Position numbers and translations under genes: made by a program. A stretch of DNA of 53,603 nucleotides, counting the filler, from Bipalium vagum (Eukaryota), in the NCBI GenBank assembly GCA_037834085.1. It is 3 parts of 3 records of this genome, joined end to end, with 100 filler letters (N's around TTAATTAATTAA, not from the genome) between each part and the next. Parts side by side here need not be neighbours in the genome. Positions count along the whole stretch, not along the records: positions 36,107 to 53,603 come from JBBMKC010062949.1; 2 more parts are not named here. The stretch is one strand, 5' to 3'. The notes beneath the pieces are model-generated. The model did not search any database. It saw only the letters and a list, made by a program, of their open reading frames with translations, and was not told the origin of the DNA. Positions 36,406-50,049 of the stretch are shown here, one piece after another; the stretch's first letter is position 1; the number at the start of each line of letters is the position of its first letter.

Positions 36406-38584
36406 TATAACATTCTGTTTTTGAAATTTTTACTATATTTGCTTAGCAAAACAACGAGTGTCAAAAAAACAATCGATAAATAATGATGGTGATAAAGTTA
36501 CAACATATGGAACACCCTAATACATTTATTATCACAGACAAAGTACTGATTAAAAAAACATTACAAAAAAATAATTAAGGAATTCTATTGTAAAAAAAAT
36601 CTTTGTTTTATAAATAATATTTTCCATTTAAAATAACTTTTTTAAATATATCTGTTAAAGTTGTTCTAATTAAAAATAAATTTATTAATATTGTCAATAA
36701 TATTGAAACAAACTAATAAAATAACGAAAACCTGTAAATCACAAATTATTACTTAATAAAATCAATAAAGAAATGTTTTAAAGAAAAATAAAAAAAAATT
36801 TTGAACAAAAATGAAAGTTATGAAATTTAATATTAAAAATGGTTGAACACAGAAAAACAAAAAAGATTTTTTATAAAGTAAATTTTAAATTTTCAAGACA
36901 TTTTAATGGCCAATTAAGACTTAGGAATAATTTCCAAAGTCGCAAATTATTTCCGGTTCAGATGAAAGCATTTTAAAAATTAATAAAATTTTAAATTTTA
37001 ATAAAAAATTAAATAGAACTCAAATTTATTTTATAATTTAGAAATATTGTACAATTTTACATATTTAATGAAGGTATATGAACGGTGTATATATTGAAAC
37101 AAGTAACTTGAAAAATGAAAATTGATAAAAATTATAATAATATTAATAAAAATATTTTATTTAAATATTTTTTGAATAATTTAAATATCACATTGGAAGA
37201 ATTATATGATTGAGTTAATTTCTAAGGCAACAAAATAGTAATATTGTATCTTAATTTATTGATTATAAATTTACTGTACACTTGCATTTCATATGTTAAG
37301 GTTACAATTACAGAAAAACAAATATTTTTCTTTAAAATTTTATTTTATTTATTTATTAAAAATAAATTAACAATAGACAATAATAAATATATTAATTACT
37401 ATTTAATTAATATTTAAAAGATAAATATTTTTTGATCAGCCTTCAATAATACACGATGAGTCATCGTTGATGACATTTTACATCCTGNNNNNNNNNNNNN
37501 NNNNNNNNNNNNNNNNNNNNNNNNNNNNNNNNNNNNNNNNNNNNNNNNNNNNNNNNNNNNNNNNNNNNNNNNNNNNNNNNNNNNNNNNNNNNNNNNNNNN
37601 NNNNNNNNNNNNNNNNNNNNNNNNNNNAAATCTTCTTAATTATTAAAAAAAAACAAAATTATTTCATCTTTTATAAAAAAGGTTTTCCAATACTTATCAA
37701 TTTTTGGTTTTTTATCGAAAAACTTATTGACTTATTTATGATAAACCAATTTTGACTTAAAAGTCATGTAGAATTTAATTTCCATTTTCTCTTCACTTGA
37801 ATAGAATATATTTCGTATGTCAAACCAGTTTTATTCAATTGTTCGGATATGTCACATATGTCAGTTTAGTATAATTAATAATGTTAATCCAATTTGATTA
37901 TTTATTAAATAAAGTGAAAGCTTTTGAATCATTTGGACATGGTTTGAAATTATATATTTTATTTATTTATTTATTAATAAAATATTTTTAATAATTTATA
38001 AAAAAAAGAATTTTAGTTTTAAAAAACTGTGGGAAATTTTAATTTAATTAGTAAATAATTTTCTAAACTAATTAAACAGAACATGTAATGAAACAGAAAC
38101 ATACTTTTACATGAGAAATTTCATCCGATCTTATATTGTGGTTTTGTCTGATTTTATAAGACAGGTTGGACTGAATGGAATAAAAAATATATTGTCAGAA
38201 TCACTTTCATTTGACAAAGATCAAATGGTTTTCGTTTCATATTTATGAGTATCCTTTGTTAACTGTCTGAAACATTTTCTCTCAAAATAATAAAATAATA
38301 ATATAAAGATTTTAGACAATGGCTTTGAAAGTAATATAAAATTTTCGGTTTATCAATTTTAGATTTTCAAAATAAAAAGATATTTTTTAGGTAACAAAAG
38401 AACCCTGATTTTATTAAAATTTCAAATATTTCATTTAATATTATTTATATATTTATTTATATATATTTATATTTATTTATAAATATTTATATTTATATAT
38501 TATTTATATTTATTATTTTAATATTTAATATTAACATGTTGCTGAAACAACTCAATATAAACTTTTATTCAAAATCAATCAATA

Positions 38585-39235
38585 ATATCCAAATATTACA
38601 TTTTTCGGAAAGTTACTTCCGTTTTTACAATGAAATTCAATATTAAATTTTTTATTGATGAAAAAATTTTCAGTCAACAATATTGTCCCTTTTGATCCAA
38701 CACTTTTTGCCATCTGTCTGGTTATTTTAGGATTCCATCAGCATAAAATTTTTTAGTATTTGCAAAGAACTGAGTATGGAATCGATTCACTTGAATCGAA
38801 GATTTTTCTAGACAAAGAATATTGCGTGGAGCGAAATAAATGGAATCAGAAGGAGCTAGATTTGGTGAATATGATGGATGTGGGAGAACAGCTTATCCAA
38901 GATCCAGCAGCTTCTGCAGGGTGACTAAACTTATGAGGTTGGCATTGTCATTCTGATAAACTATTCCTTTTCTGTTGGTCAATGATGACCTCTACAGCAT
39001 GATAAACTCGTTTAATATATCCAGTTGACTGTAGTAAACATCTGAATTAATGGTCCTGCTGCGCAATAGCAGATCAAAGAAAATTAATTCTTGTCAGTCC
39101 AACATATAGAGCATCAACATTTTTATCGATTCCCATTTGAGCTGAGCGTTGAGATAATTCATCTCTCCTGGTCCATGACAGCTTGCGGCTGTGGTTACAG
39201 TACATAAATCACTTTTCATCGCTCATTACTGTTTT
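38585..39235 (-). mobile_element. Mariner transposase C-terminal remnant
   Basis: VMSDEK*FMYCNHSRKLSW, QNDNANL, HPSYSPNLAPSDS and FYADGILK..RWQKCWI. Confidence 0.85.
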
Positions 39236-39467
39236 TTCAACTCAATGAAATTAAAATTGAAAATAAAAATAAAAAAACTCAATGAAATAAAATTGAAAAA
39301 ACTGAATTAAAATTGAAAAACTTATTTTGAAAAATTTTAAATTACATATAGTACAATTGATAACTGAATCAATAAACTGTACCTGACCATATGAATTGAA
39401 TTAAGGTTAAAAAATGTGTACAATAAGATTTTCGGGTAATCATGAACAATCTGGCCAGACTTTATAT

Positions 39468-39695
39468 TATTGGGTTGGCAACTAAGTTCGTGTGCTTTTT
39501 AAGAAGAAATGAAAACCATAAATTAGTCTGTCAAAAGGCCCCTTGACCTGTTTTTTGCGAGTAAGTCTCCAAGGATGGCAGAAGGTCATTCTTAATAATG
39601 GTGAACATATCATTGATAAAAACTGTTTTTATCAAAAAAATTTATGGTTTTCATTTCTTCTTAAAAAGCGCACGAACTTAGTTGTCAATCCAATA
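39468..39695. mobile_element. Mariner-derived MITE (228 bp, ~55-bp TIRs, TA ends)
   Basis: TATTGGGTTGGCAACTAAGTTCGTG...CACGAACTTAGTTGTCAATCCAATA; internal WQKVILNN remnant. Confidence 0.9.
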
Positions 39696-39764
39696 CATAA
39701 TTAGAGAATTACGTAATAATAATAATATATATATTTTAAAATTAGTCTACAAAATACATTAAAA

Positions 39765-40398
39765 ATGGAATTTGACAATTTGTTAGATGTATTCAAGGAT
39801 AATAAGATAGCAATATCATTCCTTCGAGATAAACATATTTTAAGATCTGTTCCACCTACATGTTCTTGTAACTGCATCATGGCTGAGGTATATAAAATTA
39901 GATTACATTTACTGCTTATATCTTTATTTAGAAAAGTAGACCTGATTGCCGCGATGGTATTACTTACAGATGCCCTAAAGATGGACGAAGGATATCTATC
40001 AGAAATGGCAGTTTTTTGAAAAAGCCCATATAACTTGCAGAGATTTTGTCAAATTGGCTTACTTCTGGAGCCACAATTACATGGTTATTGATTGGTCAAA
40101 TTTCTTTAGAAATATCTGCGAAATTGACGAAAGCATTGTGGCCAAGAGAAAATACAACGCTGGTCACAGTCAAAATTTTGTGGACCCGACAACCAATGAC
40201 ACAACAAACCATGTTGAAAGGATGTGGCGCTCCGCAAAATCCAAATTGAAGACCATGAATGATACTAACAGCAATTTATTACAGTCGCATCTAACTGAAT
40301 TTATGTGGCGACGAGTAAGAGGGTCCACTGGGACTATGGCTTTCGAAAGTTTATTGGCCGATATAGCTGACTGGTACGTTGTACCATTGTGTAAATGA
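39765..40398 (+). mobile_element. Merlin/ISXO2-like transposase remnant with a spliceosomal intron
   Basis: FLRDKHIL..PTCSC..MAE|KSRPDCRDGITYRCPK..ISIRNGSF; CEIDESIVAKRKYNAG; HSQNFVDP..TNHVERMWRSAK..LQSHLTEFMWRR. Internally deleted. Confidence 0.9.
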
Positions 40399-41783
40399 AA
40401 TATATTTTTGTCTCATATTTGTTTCATTTGTCAATATTTTTGTCAAAGAATAAAACCAATAAATAAAAATTATGTAATTGTGTTATTACACAATATTTTA
40501 ATTTCAAGGTCTGGTCAGATTGTTCATGATTACCCGAAAATCAATAACTTCGATCTCAAAAGAAAAAAAAATACTGAAAATGTCGATGAAAAAACTAAAG
40601 AACCGGCGATTCCTCTGGTCTCCGGAGGTGGTAATAACGAAAATACTCAAACCGACAGAAATGGAAGTTAACAAGTATGTGAATAGTATATGAAAGATTA
40701 ATTTTTGTAAAGAACCAATAACAGCGACAGCGAGACCTGACGACCACGAGAAATGTCTGAGATGTGTTTCTTTCAAGAAGCAAGCGATTTTTGGCAGACC
40801 AAATATCTTACCATTATATCACTGCACTTTGACGTCAACTGATTTCTTTATGATTTCCATTTTCCACGTTTTTCCAAACACATTTTTACACAAATCGTTG
40901 AATTGACCGATAAAAGTAGCCTTATCAAAAATCGATTACGCTGCCTCCATTGATTTAATTTTCTTTTCTCCATGTTCTCGATTATTATCTTTAAGTATCC
41001 AGACACAACAATCTTTGTTATTAAATTTCATGTAATGCAGCAAATAAAACTTCGTTTATTTTTTACTCCAGTAGTTATCTTAGAGTCACTGGCTCTACAA
41101 ATAGTCATCCGGATAGTGACTAAAATATTATTATATTAATTTATTATCTTATGATTCCTGTACGATGATGGGATCTTGGCGACAAATGTTGTTCTTAATA
41201 AAATTTCAAAAAGCACTTGATTTTATTTATCTTCTATAATATAAAAGGTAAGAAAAACTTAAATAGATATTATTTTTATCTGGCCCACAAATGATCAAAG
41301 TTAGAGACAATTCACATTTGAGGGAAATGCTCCACCAAGTATTTAAGCTGTTTGGGTCATAAGATTTGGAATATTATGTGGGTTAATAAATTGAGGAATA
41401 AAAGGTATGAAATTTGTTGGAAATTGTCCATTGGTAGTTGTATTAAAGCTGTACTGATAAGATTGAGATAATGAAAGCAAATTAGAAACTGTTGAATATG
41501 GTACTAATGATAAAAGTGTTTGTGAAACTGGTGTGGATTGTGAGACAATATTTTTCGCGTGACAAAATGAACCTTGTCTCTTTTCTCCTTTATAAAGTTG
41601 ATACTATGCTTGAGCCAAGTGAAAATAAAAATTATTGGCTGCTCACCAGATAAAAAATTATTAGCACCAATTTCAACTGATAACACCCCTTTTTCCAACA
41701 TTTCATTAGATTGATCACGACATTTACGAAGACCGTTTAATATTTGATCAGGATTTAAAGTAGAACACGCTTTTCTGTCATCA

Positions 41784-41975
41784 TTACATTCTGATTCTTG
41801 TTGTCTATTGATCTTAACGACAAAGCCTTTGAGAGTTATTTCCGTTGGTGTTTTCAATTTCTCATCGATCGGCTCATCGATACAATACTCCTGGTGGACT
41901 TTAGTCATAATTATTTGAAAAAACTCTCAAAGGCTTCGTCGTCAAGGTCGATAGACAACAAGAATCAGAATGTAA
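41784..41975. repeat. 59-bp inverted repeat with 74-bp spacer
   Basis: 41784-41842 versus the reverse complement of 41917-41975, about 5 mismatches. Confidence 0.9.
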
Positions 41976-42547
41976 AATATATCCAGTCCCAAATAATTCT
42001 TTGTGATCAAAAAGGATTGCAATTAAATTTTATCACATAATTTTTATATTTTAACAAAATTAATAAAGGTTAATAATAAATATATTTAATCAATTTTCAG
42101 TCAATCCAGTTTGATAAACAAAAAATCGCACCAAGTGTTAAAAAAATTAATGGACTTAGATAAATGTATATTGTAATTGTAATTCTTAACACCAAAGAAT
42201 TCGATTATTTCAAAAAATGTTCTTATTTTGTTTATATAGTAGCATTCTGGGGATTATCAGACTCAGGAGAAGCTAAAATTTTTTAAAATTTCACAAATTA
42301 AATTAAAAATTAATATATTTAAAATAACCTAATAAAACAATTACATATGTTGGGTTTACCCAAAACACCCACCAGCCCCAAATGAAAATTGTAAAAGGGT
42401 GCTCAAAATAATAATAATAATAATAATAATAATAATCGTGAAATTGGACACAAAATGACAAAAATAATAATAATAATAATCATAAGAATAATAATTAAAT
42501 AATAATTTTAGCTAATTAAATATGAAAAAAGGCAATAAATTATTTTT

Positions 42548-43155
42548 TGTTGAGATCTAATCTTGACAATGGCGAACCTAAATTGCCTAGATCAGGGTCC
42601 GCAAGGAGGGACCGATTTAGAATTAATGATCCTAAAAGGGAATCGACATTTCCCATTAATAAAATTGGTCTACGATTGATTAGTCGTCGACCAAACAACT
42701 ATATAAGGAGAAGGATTTCTCCAAAAATTTTCCCTCCAAAAATTCATTGAAGAAGACTTGTATTCAGCTAATAGTCCGGGAAGCTTAAACGAAGATAACT
42801 CGTAGGCTTATTCTATTTTATTATCATCTTAATTTTATTTTTTGTTAAACCTTAGTAATTTTTATTATATTATTTCATAATTATTGATTAACTTTAAGTA
42901 TTCATTGGTGTTTCTTGACTTGATATTATTAACTATTGTGTTTGAATGATTATTAAAGACAATTGCAAACATTTCAGACCTTATTGTGATCCCTTTCTCT
43001 TGAGTTTGACGATTTTGTGTTATTGTTATCGTTATGTAATTTCGTGTGAAGTTTTGTGTTATAAATACAAGTTATTGGTTTACTAATTGTTATTATTTTT
43101 GAACCACCTAAGAGTTGGAGTCAGATTTAACGTTTAATACACTAGTTAGTGAACA
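42548..43155 (+). mobile_element. Probable solo LTR (family B)
   Basis: TGTT...AACA ends and a TATA-like TATATAAG; the 3' CCACCTAAGAGTTGGAGTCAG segment is shared with 47273-47400(-). Confidence 0.6.
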
Positions 43156-44500
43156 TATAAAATTTTTAAATTAATTTTTTTATGTTAAAAAAATTTTCCG
43201 CACATTCGTTTTCGACATTGAGGATTGGGTGTTTGTTGCAATTAGCAGTTTCCACAATACTACTATCATTCGAACTCTTAGCTTCTGTCATAGCTAGTTT
43301 AAGATTACCAATTTTTTTGAACCCCTTCTTTATATTTATTTTCCACTGAATATACAATCGGTATCGGCGATCATTGTTTTTAATAAACAGCTTAAAAGAT
43401 ATTTTCCGCAACACAAGATAACACAACTTACATTTTAAAAATTCAAAATATTTGAACCCCAGTGGTTGTGCCTTTCGGTAAGCAACTGGCTATCAAAACA
43501 TCTTAACTTTGACGGATTATAGCATATTTATTTCTAGATCATGTACTAACTAAAGTGATTCAAAAATGTATTCAGGCAATAGCGAAAACGAATTTTAAGA
43601 ATATCCAGTATAAGAAGTATTAAAGTTATTGCTAGTCCTCAAAATCAACCACGTGTCAGACCAAAAAAAGGTGAAGAAAAGCATACATGAAAATTCTGGT
43701 ACACACTTACTCATGTCAGAGTTGAACAAGGAGATCTCTGCCTTGAACAAGCTATTCAAAGACGGATATCAGGTTTGAAGATGAAATCCAAGACCAAATT
43801 CTAATAGCCATTTTGGAGCTACTCCTAGCCAATTATTAAAGGATCATCCACGTCTTGTGCTCTTGAAGACCAAGGTGAAATCAACAAAAGTATTAATTTT
43901 TTAAAGTACTAATAGATTTTTAAGAACGTATTTTATTTTTTTTGTATTTAGATTTTGTGAGGTGTTTGGGGAACATTTGTTAGACATTAGGAAATATTTG
44001 AGTAGTGATTTGAGTTACTGACAGGGAGCAGAGATATTATTGGAACATTAGATTTATAGTTATTGTATGCATCAATTGAATAGACTTGATGTTGTTTATT
44101 TTATTGAGTAGAATATTATTTATTATCAAAAACAATACTAACATTGTTTTATTTATACAGTAATAATAAAGTTTAAATATATTGTTTATGCTTGAAGAAA
44201 TTAATATTTTTGAAAAAAACTAGGTAAAAAGGCAAAAAAAGAAATTCGTATAAATTCAAGTGTTTAAAATAAAAACTTAAAGATATATTTTAAAAATATG
44301 ATAAATTTAAAATATAAATCATTAATTTAAATTAGTTTAAAAGATTTGTTTTAATATATATATTTTTTTAATTGTACAAAGACAAATAATTTTTATAATG
44401 AATTCAAATTGTACTGTTATGCAATTTAGATTTTAATTATTGATATAGATTATTTTTCATTTTTTACTATATTTATTTTAGTTACATTAATGAATATTAA

Positions 44501-45364
44501 ATGTTTGGATTTATAAATCATAAAGTGAAAGATTTAAATGAATTTGTTAAATGCAATCTGTGTGATGGATACCTCATTGATGCATCGACAATTATTGAAT
44601 GCATGCATTCCTTTTGTAGAACCTGTATTTTGAAACATCTAGAAGATTTTAACACTTGTCCCACTTGTGATTGTCAACTTCATGAAACCAAACCGTACTT
44701 GGATGTGAAGACCGATAAAGTGCTCCAGTCAATTGTTTATCAGTTATTTCCAAGTGTGTTCAAAGACGAAATGAAAAGGAGACGGGAATTTCACAATACT
44801 CTAAAAGCCAAGTCAGACATCTGTCATTTGAGTCCAGAAAAAAGAGGTGAAGTACCCATCGATGCCTATTCGGGCTTGGAAGACGACCTCATTAGCGTAG
44901 AATTGATAATGCGAAACGATATCTCATCGATTCTCAACAGTCTAGATACTCCCCCAATCTACATGCTGTGTCCCTCCATTCTTACCATCGGTCATTTGTC
45001 CAAGTTCCTGACTCAAAAATTCCAGCTAGCCGCTAACACAAAGCTGTGCATCTTCTGCATTCCGAACGACGAGCTGGATGAGAAATATTCGATCATGGAC
45101 ATTCTGTGTACATATCACTGGGACAAGGACCACCCCCTTACCATATACTATTCGTTTGTCACGCCGCCACTTAATGGGTCTTCCAATCACAAACTGTCCA
45201 ACTTGAAAAATAACAGCGACGACGGCGAGAACCTCTTTTTCCTTCACCAAAACCAGTCGGTTCTGCATGGAACAAAATCGCAGTTTCTCAAAACCAGGCT
45301 GAGGTCGTCTCTGAAAACCGCTGAAGTGTTCGCAAATGTCCCGAAATCGATGAAAATAATATGA
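44501..45364 (+). CDS. Polycomb group RING finger protein (BMI1/Psc/PCGF-like; RING + RAWUL), intronless CDS
   Basis: C3HC4 RING CNLC..CMHSFCRTC..CPTC with GYLIDASTIIE, DKVLQSIVYQL and EMKRRREF; RAWUL-like YMLCPSILTIGHLSKFL..PLTIYY; AATAAA downstream. Confidence 0.95.
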   Translation: MFGFINHKVKDLNEFVKCNLCDGYLIDASTIIECMHSFCRTCILKHLEDFNTCPTCDCQLHETKPYLDVKTDKVLQSIVYQLFPSVFKDEMKRRREFHNTLKAKSDICHLSPEKRGEVPIDAYSGLEDDLISVELIMRNDISSILNSLDTPPIYMLCPSILTIGHLSKFLTQKFQLAANTKLCIFCIPNDELDEKYSIMDILCTYHWDKDHPLTIYYSFVTPPLNGSSNHKLSNLKNNSDDGENLFFLHQNQSVLHGTKSQFLKTRLRSSLKTAEVFANVPKSMKII

Positions 45365-47272
45365 TCTATAAGAAAAAGACAATTTTGTTCATAAATAAAA
45401 TGGTTATTTTGTTTTTCCGATCTGAATGAGTTCAATTGTTATGGTTAATCTCGTACATGGAGACTGAATAAAAATGTTAACATGTGTTTTCATTTTACTT
45501 CTCAATGATTCGAGAATCAAACGTTTTGCATTTATATTTTCATTTGTAATTTTTGTGAATTTATTTCCCTGTAAATTTTCTGTAATTAATTATATATGTA
45601 ATTCGTAATTAACCGGATTTCTCAAATAAACCATTTTATGAATTGTTTTTAATTGCAAAGTTTCTACGATTAAAATATTACTTTAATATATAAAATGCAA
45701 CTTAAAATTTTTGTTTTAAAAAGTGAACACTAATATTTAAACAAGTTGGTTTTTTAATTTGTATAATAGTCAATAGATTTAAATAGCGATCTGTTTGTAG
45801 ATGTGGAATATAACTTAAATTGTAGAAATAATAAATGGTAAATATTAACGAGGTTGGTTGAAATATTTCTCGAAAACATTAAAAAGCTTAAGAGAATAAT
45901 TCTTACTTAATTTAAAAATTGTTTTCATGTCAGTTTTCTCATACAAATAATTTTACGAAGAATAAAAGTATTACCGAATCAAATTTAAATCTAAATTTTG
46001 AATAAAGCAACCAACCACGTTAAGCTAGAAATAAATCAGAATTTCATTGGTCGCTACATTACCTTTAATTTTTTATACTAGGAATTTTGTTTATGTATAA
46101 CATTTTATAGCTAATTTCATTTGTTGAAATAAGAAATAATATTTATTAAAATATCTTGATAAAAACTTTGATTTTTAATATAATTTCGGTTATTTCGTTG
46201 ATTTTAAATGGAATATTAAGTTAAAGTTTATTTCTGAAGTCACTTGTGTTACTTTAGTTAGAAAATCTTAGATATACCTGGATTTTTCAAATAATAAATA
46301 TTATAATAGGTTAATATAATATTTATAGTTTGAATTATTATAAGTTCAAGTTACTGCAAAATTGTTAATTTTTAAAAGCTGATTATATTTTTTCTGTTTT
46401 TGTTTAGATGTAAATAAATATATTTATTGAAAATTTAAATCATATCTCAAATTGAAATTGCTACTAACATGGCGGTCATAACCAGATAATTTCTAAATGA
46501 ATCTTTGAAAAGCTGTTGTTATTACGGAAAAGTTATTTAAAAAATAAAGATTATTTTAACATATTTGGTTTATCAAAAATCTTGGAATATTGACCGTGAG
46601 AATTTATAGAAAAAAATCTTATAGATCCAATTAATAGATCCAAGAACAAATTACGAAAAGGGAATAAGAAACGCATTCGGACAAAAAAAATCATTAAGAA
46701 TTATTTAAAAATAAATTAAAATGAAAACCATAATTGTTCAATGTGATCGATGGATAATGAAATATTAATCAATAGTTCGTTAATCAATAGAAATGATAAT
46801 TTAGTAATCAAGGTTAGATTAAAAAATAACAACTTAAGTAATCTAGGTTGGATGAAACAAAAAATCATCGTCAACTGATGTCTAGGCCGTCTTCTAGGTC
46901 TCCTTGAGAGACTGCACCAGTTGCCTGTAGGAGATAACACGTCCTCAGTAAAATTACGATTAAACTGCTCTAATTACCAATAAAATAAATTCTAAGGTCT
47001 ACCTTTAATAACAAAATAATTTAAGATTCAAGTAATCACTTTACGAAAGAGAGCAGATTATGAAAAACTCCATGAAATTTTATACTGATTATCACGGTTG
47101 CCAGTTAACCTATCGATATACATTACTAGATGAAGATATCGGACAAGCTTTTCATTTTTAAACAATTATCATTTTTCATTGATCTTCAAATAACATTTTT
47201 GTAGAATGCTTTCAAACATAAAATTTAAATATCACAAAGATAATTAAATAAATAAAATATATTGATTAAATT

Positions 47273-47700
47273 TGTTCACAATTTAGTGTATCAAATCTAG
47301 ACCTGACTCCAACTCTTAGGTGGTGCAAATAATAACAATCAGTAAAGCAACACATGTATTTATATCACACAATCACAAAACTACACAAAGAGATAATCAG
47401 AAGTTTGGGATCACAATTAATGTCTGAAATGTTTCACAAACTTTCAAATCAAACTAATCAAACAACAATCCAATGAATTAATATTAATATTAATAATAGA
47501 ATAATAAGTACTTTTAAGATCAAACAGCAATTAAAATATAATGTTAAATTCAAAGTATAATTAAAACAAATTATTACTTATACATTATATTAATCAATAT
47601 TAATGTTTACTTAAAATAAAATAATAAGATAAAACAAAAAGAAAAATCTTACAGTTTATTTTTCGCTAAAACTCCCGAGGGTTGTGTGGAAGTCACTTAA
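47273..47700 (-). mobile_element. LTR remnant (family B), inverted
   Basis: Reverse complement aligns to ~42780-43155, including the terminal GTGAACA. Confidence 0.65.
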
Positions 47701-48139
47701 GGTAAATCAACCAGCACAGAGGTTTCTATAGAAACAGAAAAAAATAAATGAAAATTAGAGGACGTAGTACGGTACCCTTGAGGGCAACACATCTTTATCA
47801 TCTTTTTGTTCCAGTTTTGCAGAATTATATTTCAGAATTTTTCGATGCAACTGCAAATTGTTACCGATTTGCACTATAATTGAAATCTTAGAGACTTTTG
47901 ACAGCCAAATTTATGCCAACATTAACACTTAGTACTGTGACCCGCGAAAATTGAATTCTTCCTAATTGATATATACTTCTTTTAGCATTTATAATTTTTA
48001 CATCTCCAAAAACCGTTTTTCATTTTCAGCTTTAAATTTTGGCACAAAATTGACATATTTTCATGGAATTATTTAAAATATTTAGTTTCAAGAAAAATTT
48101 GATTGTCTTCAATTCATATATGGATAGAAACATCTAAAT

Positions 48140-49830
48140 TGTGATACTTTAACACTCTATTTTATAATAATAGTTAATAAAACGGATTCGAGTTCAAAAA
48201 GTATTTATTCAAACAAAAGTCAAAAAAGTCTGATCCTTCACTTTGCTGAAGATTGCTGCCACTTTTTTAGCCATTCATTTCTTCTTGTTTTTTCTTTTCG
48301 TCCGGACCATCCAATTAGATTTGATGTGGGGATATGATTTTTGTGATCTGGTAAGGATCCTAAGGAAATCGTTCTTCTTTCGATTCTGAGTTTCTTTCCG
48401 GACTAATACTTCTTCTCCAATTTCAAATTCTTGATAACCTATCTTATCCTTCTCGAATTCACTCACCTCTCTGCCGCCATCTCAAAGTTCCTTCTGGTTT
48501 ACCTTCAGTATCCTGATACTTGTGATTCTCTACACCGGAATGCAGATATACTTTGTAAAACAAAGCGATTTCAAAAGAAGAAAACTGCGTGGAATTTTGT
48601 TGGGTAGCATTAATACTGAATTCGATTCTTAGTAAAAATTTGTAACAGTTTTTTCTTCATGTATTCGATGTACTGATCATGTTCCGGATAGTCCTTATCA
48701 CTCTTTCTACTAACCCATTTGACTTATGTTGGTAGGGTGAACTAAACTCATATTTAATTTCCAGCTCCTTTCATTTTTGCTGACCATGAACTTTCAAAAT
48801 TCTTCTTTCTATCTGATAGAATACTTTTTGGTCTACTAAATTTGAATGTTCACTGATTCATGACGATCTTGAAGATGGACTTGTAAATGCATTTAAACTC
48901 ACCAGTTTGTTGAAATGGCCGATAATTATTACAATTAAGTAATTTTAAATCGCTCCAGCCTTATCCGTGTAGGCCACTTCTATTACAATCTATTCCATTA
49001 CATGTGAAATTCTTCTTGGAATCAGAATCTCTTTCGTGCGTGTCTGATCTATTTTACTTTTTGCACAGATAATATAAGTCTTCAAGCATGTATCGAATGA
49101 GGTCCAGAAATATATGTCCTTAAAATAATGGAATTTTCTCTTACTTCTGAAAAGACAATTCAACGTGACTTCTTTCACAAATTTTTCTGGAATTATAATC
49201 AAATCTCGTTCATCTTTTCTTAACACCAGCAACTTACGCCCAGATCATTTCTCCATTGATAAAATTTACTATTTTTAACTTTTTCTTGTAGATCACTCCT
49301 TCCCTTCAACAAGCATGCTATCATATCCGCAATATAAATATCGACCCTCTGTGCTGACTTAATTATTTCCAACTATCCATTAGTAGTAACAAATATGAAT
49401 TACATTAATGCATCTGTATCTCAAGATAATGTAGAATCCACTACGTTGCTTAAGAGGTTCTGACTTGAATCTCGAATTTTGCGAACCTCTCATCCGCTTA
49501 ACTTCTGGTACCTTCATTACAATCGCTAAAAATGATTTTTCGACGATAAATGTTTCCTTAAATAATTTTCTCTCTTCTTTCGTCGTAGCTTCCTATTTGA
49601 AATTCTTTCATAATGTAGCATCTTCTTTCGATAGTAAAAGATCAAAAACACAGATCAAACATAAATCATTAGTGCTGAGCCAATCCTCAATTAACAGCGA
49701 TCTGCTTCTCACGAGCTCCGTCAATTAAATTTACGGATCTTGAAATTTAATAATTCCTGTGGTTGTTTTGGTAAAGCACTCAGAAGCTTCTTTCTTACTT
49801 GTCTTCTCGTAATGACACATACTTTTTATG
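48140..49830 (-). mobile_element. Ty3/Gypsy retrotransposon remnant (integrase)
   Basis: IIIPEKFVKEV..YFWTS (zinc-binding region); KSILSDREKNF, EFSSPYQHKSNGLVERVIRTIR, IEFSINAT and FEIGEEVLVRKE. A degraded gag-like region lies upstream and an LTR-like tail at 48140-48260. Confidence 0.88.
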
Positions 49831-50049
49831 CCAGTTAGATATTCTTTCATATTAATTAGTAAAACGAACTCTAGTTCAAAATGTATATATTCAAACAAAA
49901 GTCTTACGTAATCTTTAACTGTTACTTAATTGATTTAAATAGTTAATTTAAACAACGGTTTTAAGGTATAAAAACTATAATCAATCCATTCTTGTATATT
50001 ATACGTGTAGACATAAATAAACTTAGAAATAGATAAACTATTCTAAAAT

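Noticed and set aside
35791-44400. Terminal TEX2 exon (expected V.PNMDD motif)
   Set aside because: Not found; most likely lost at the linker at 36007, so the truncation is not treated as biological.
45026-45435. Antisense ORFs overlapping PCGF (likewise those opposite TEX2 and GT32 exons)
   Set aside because: Shadow ORFs of real coding sequence with no recognisable motifs.
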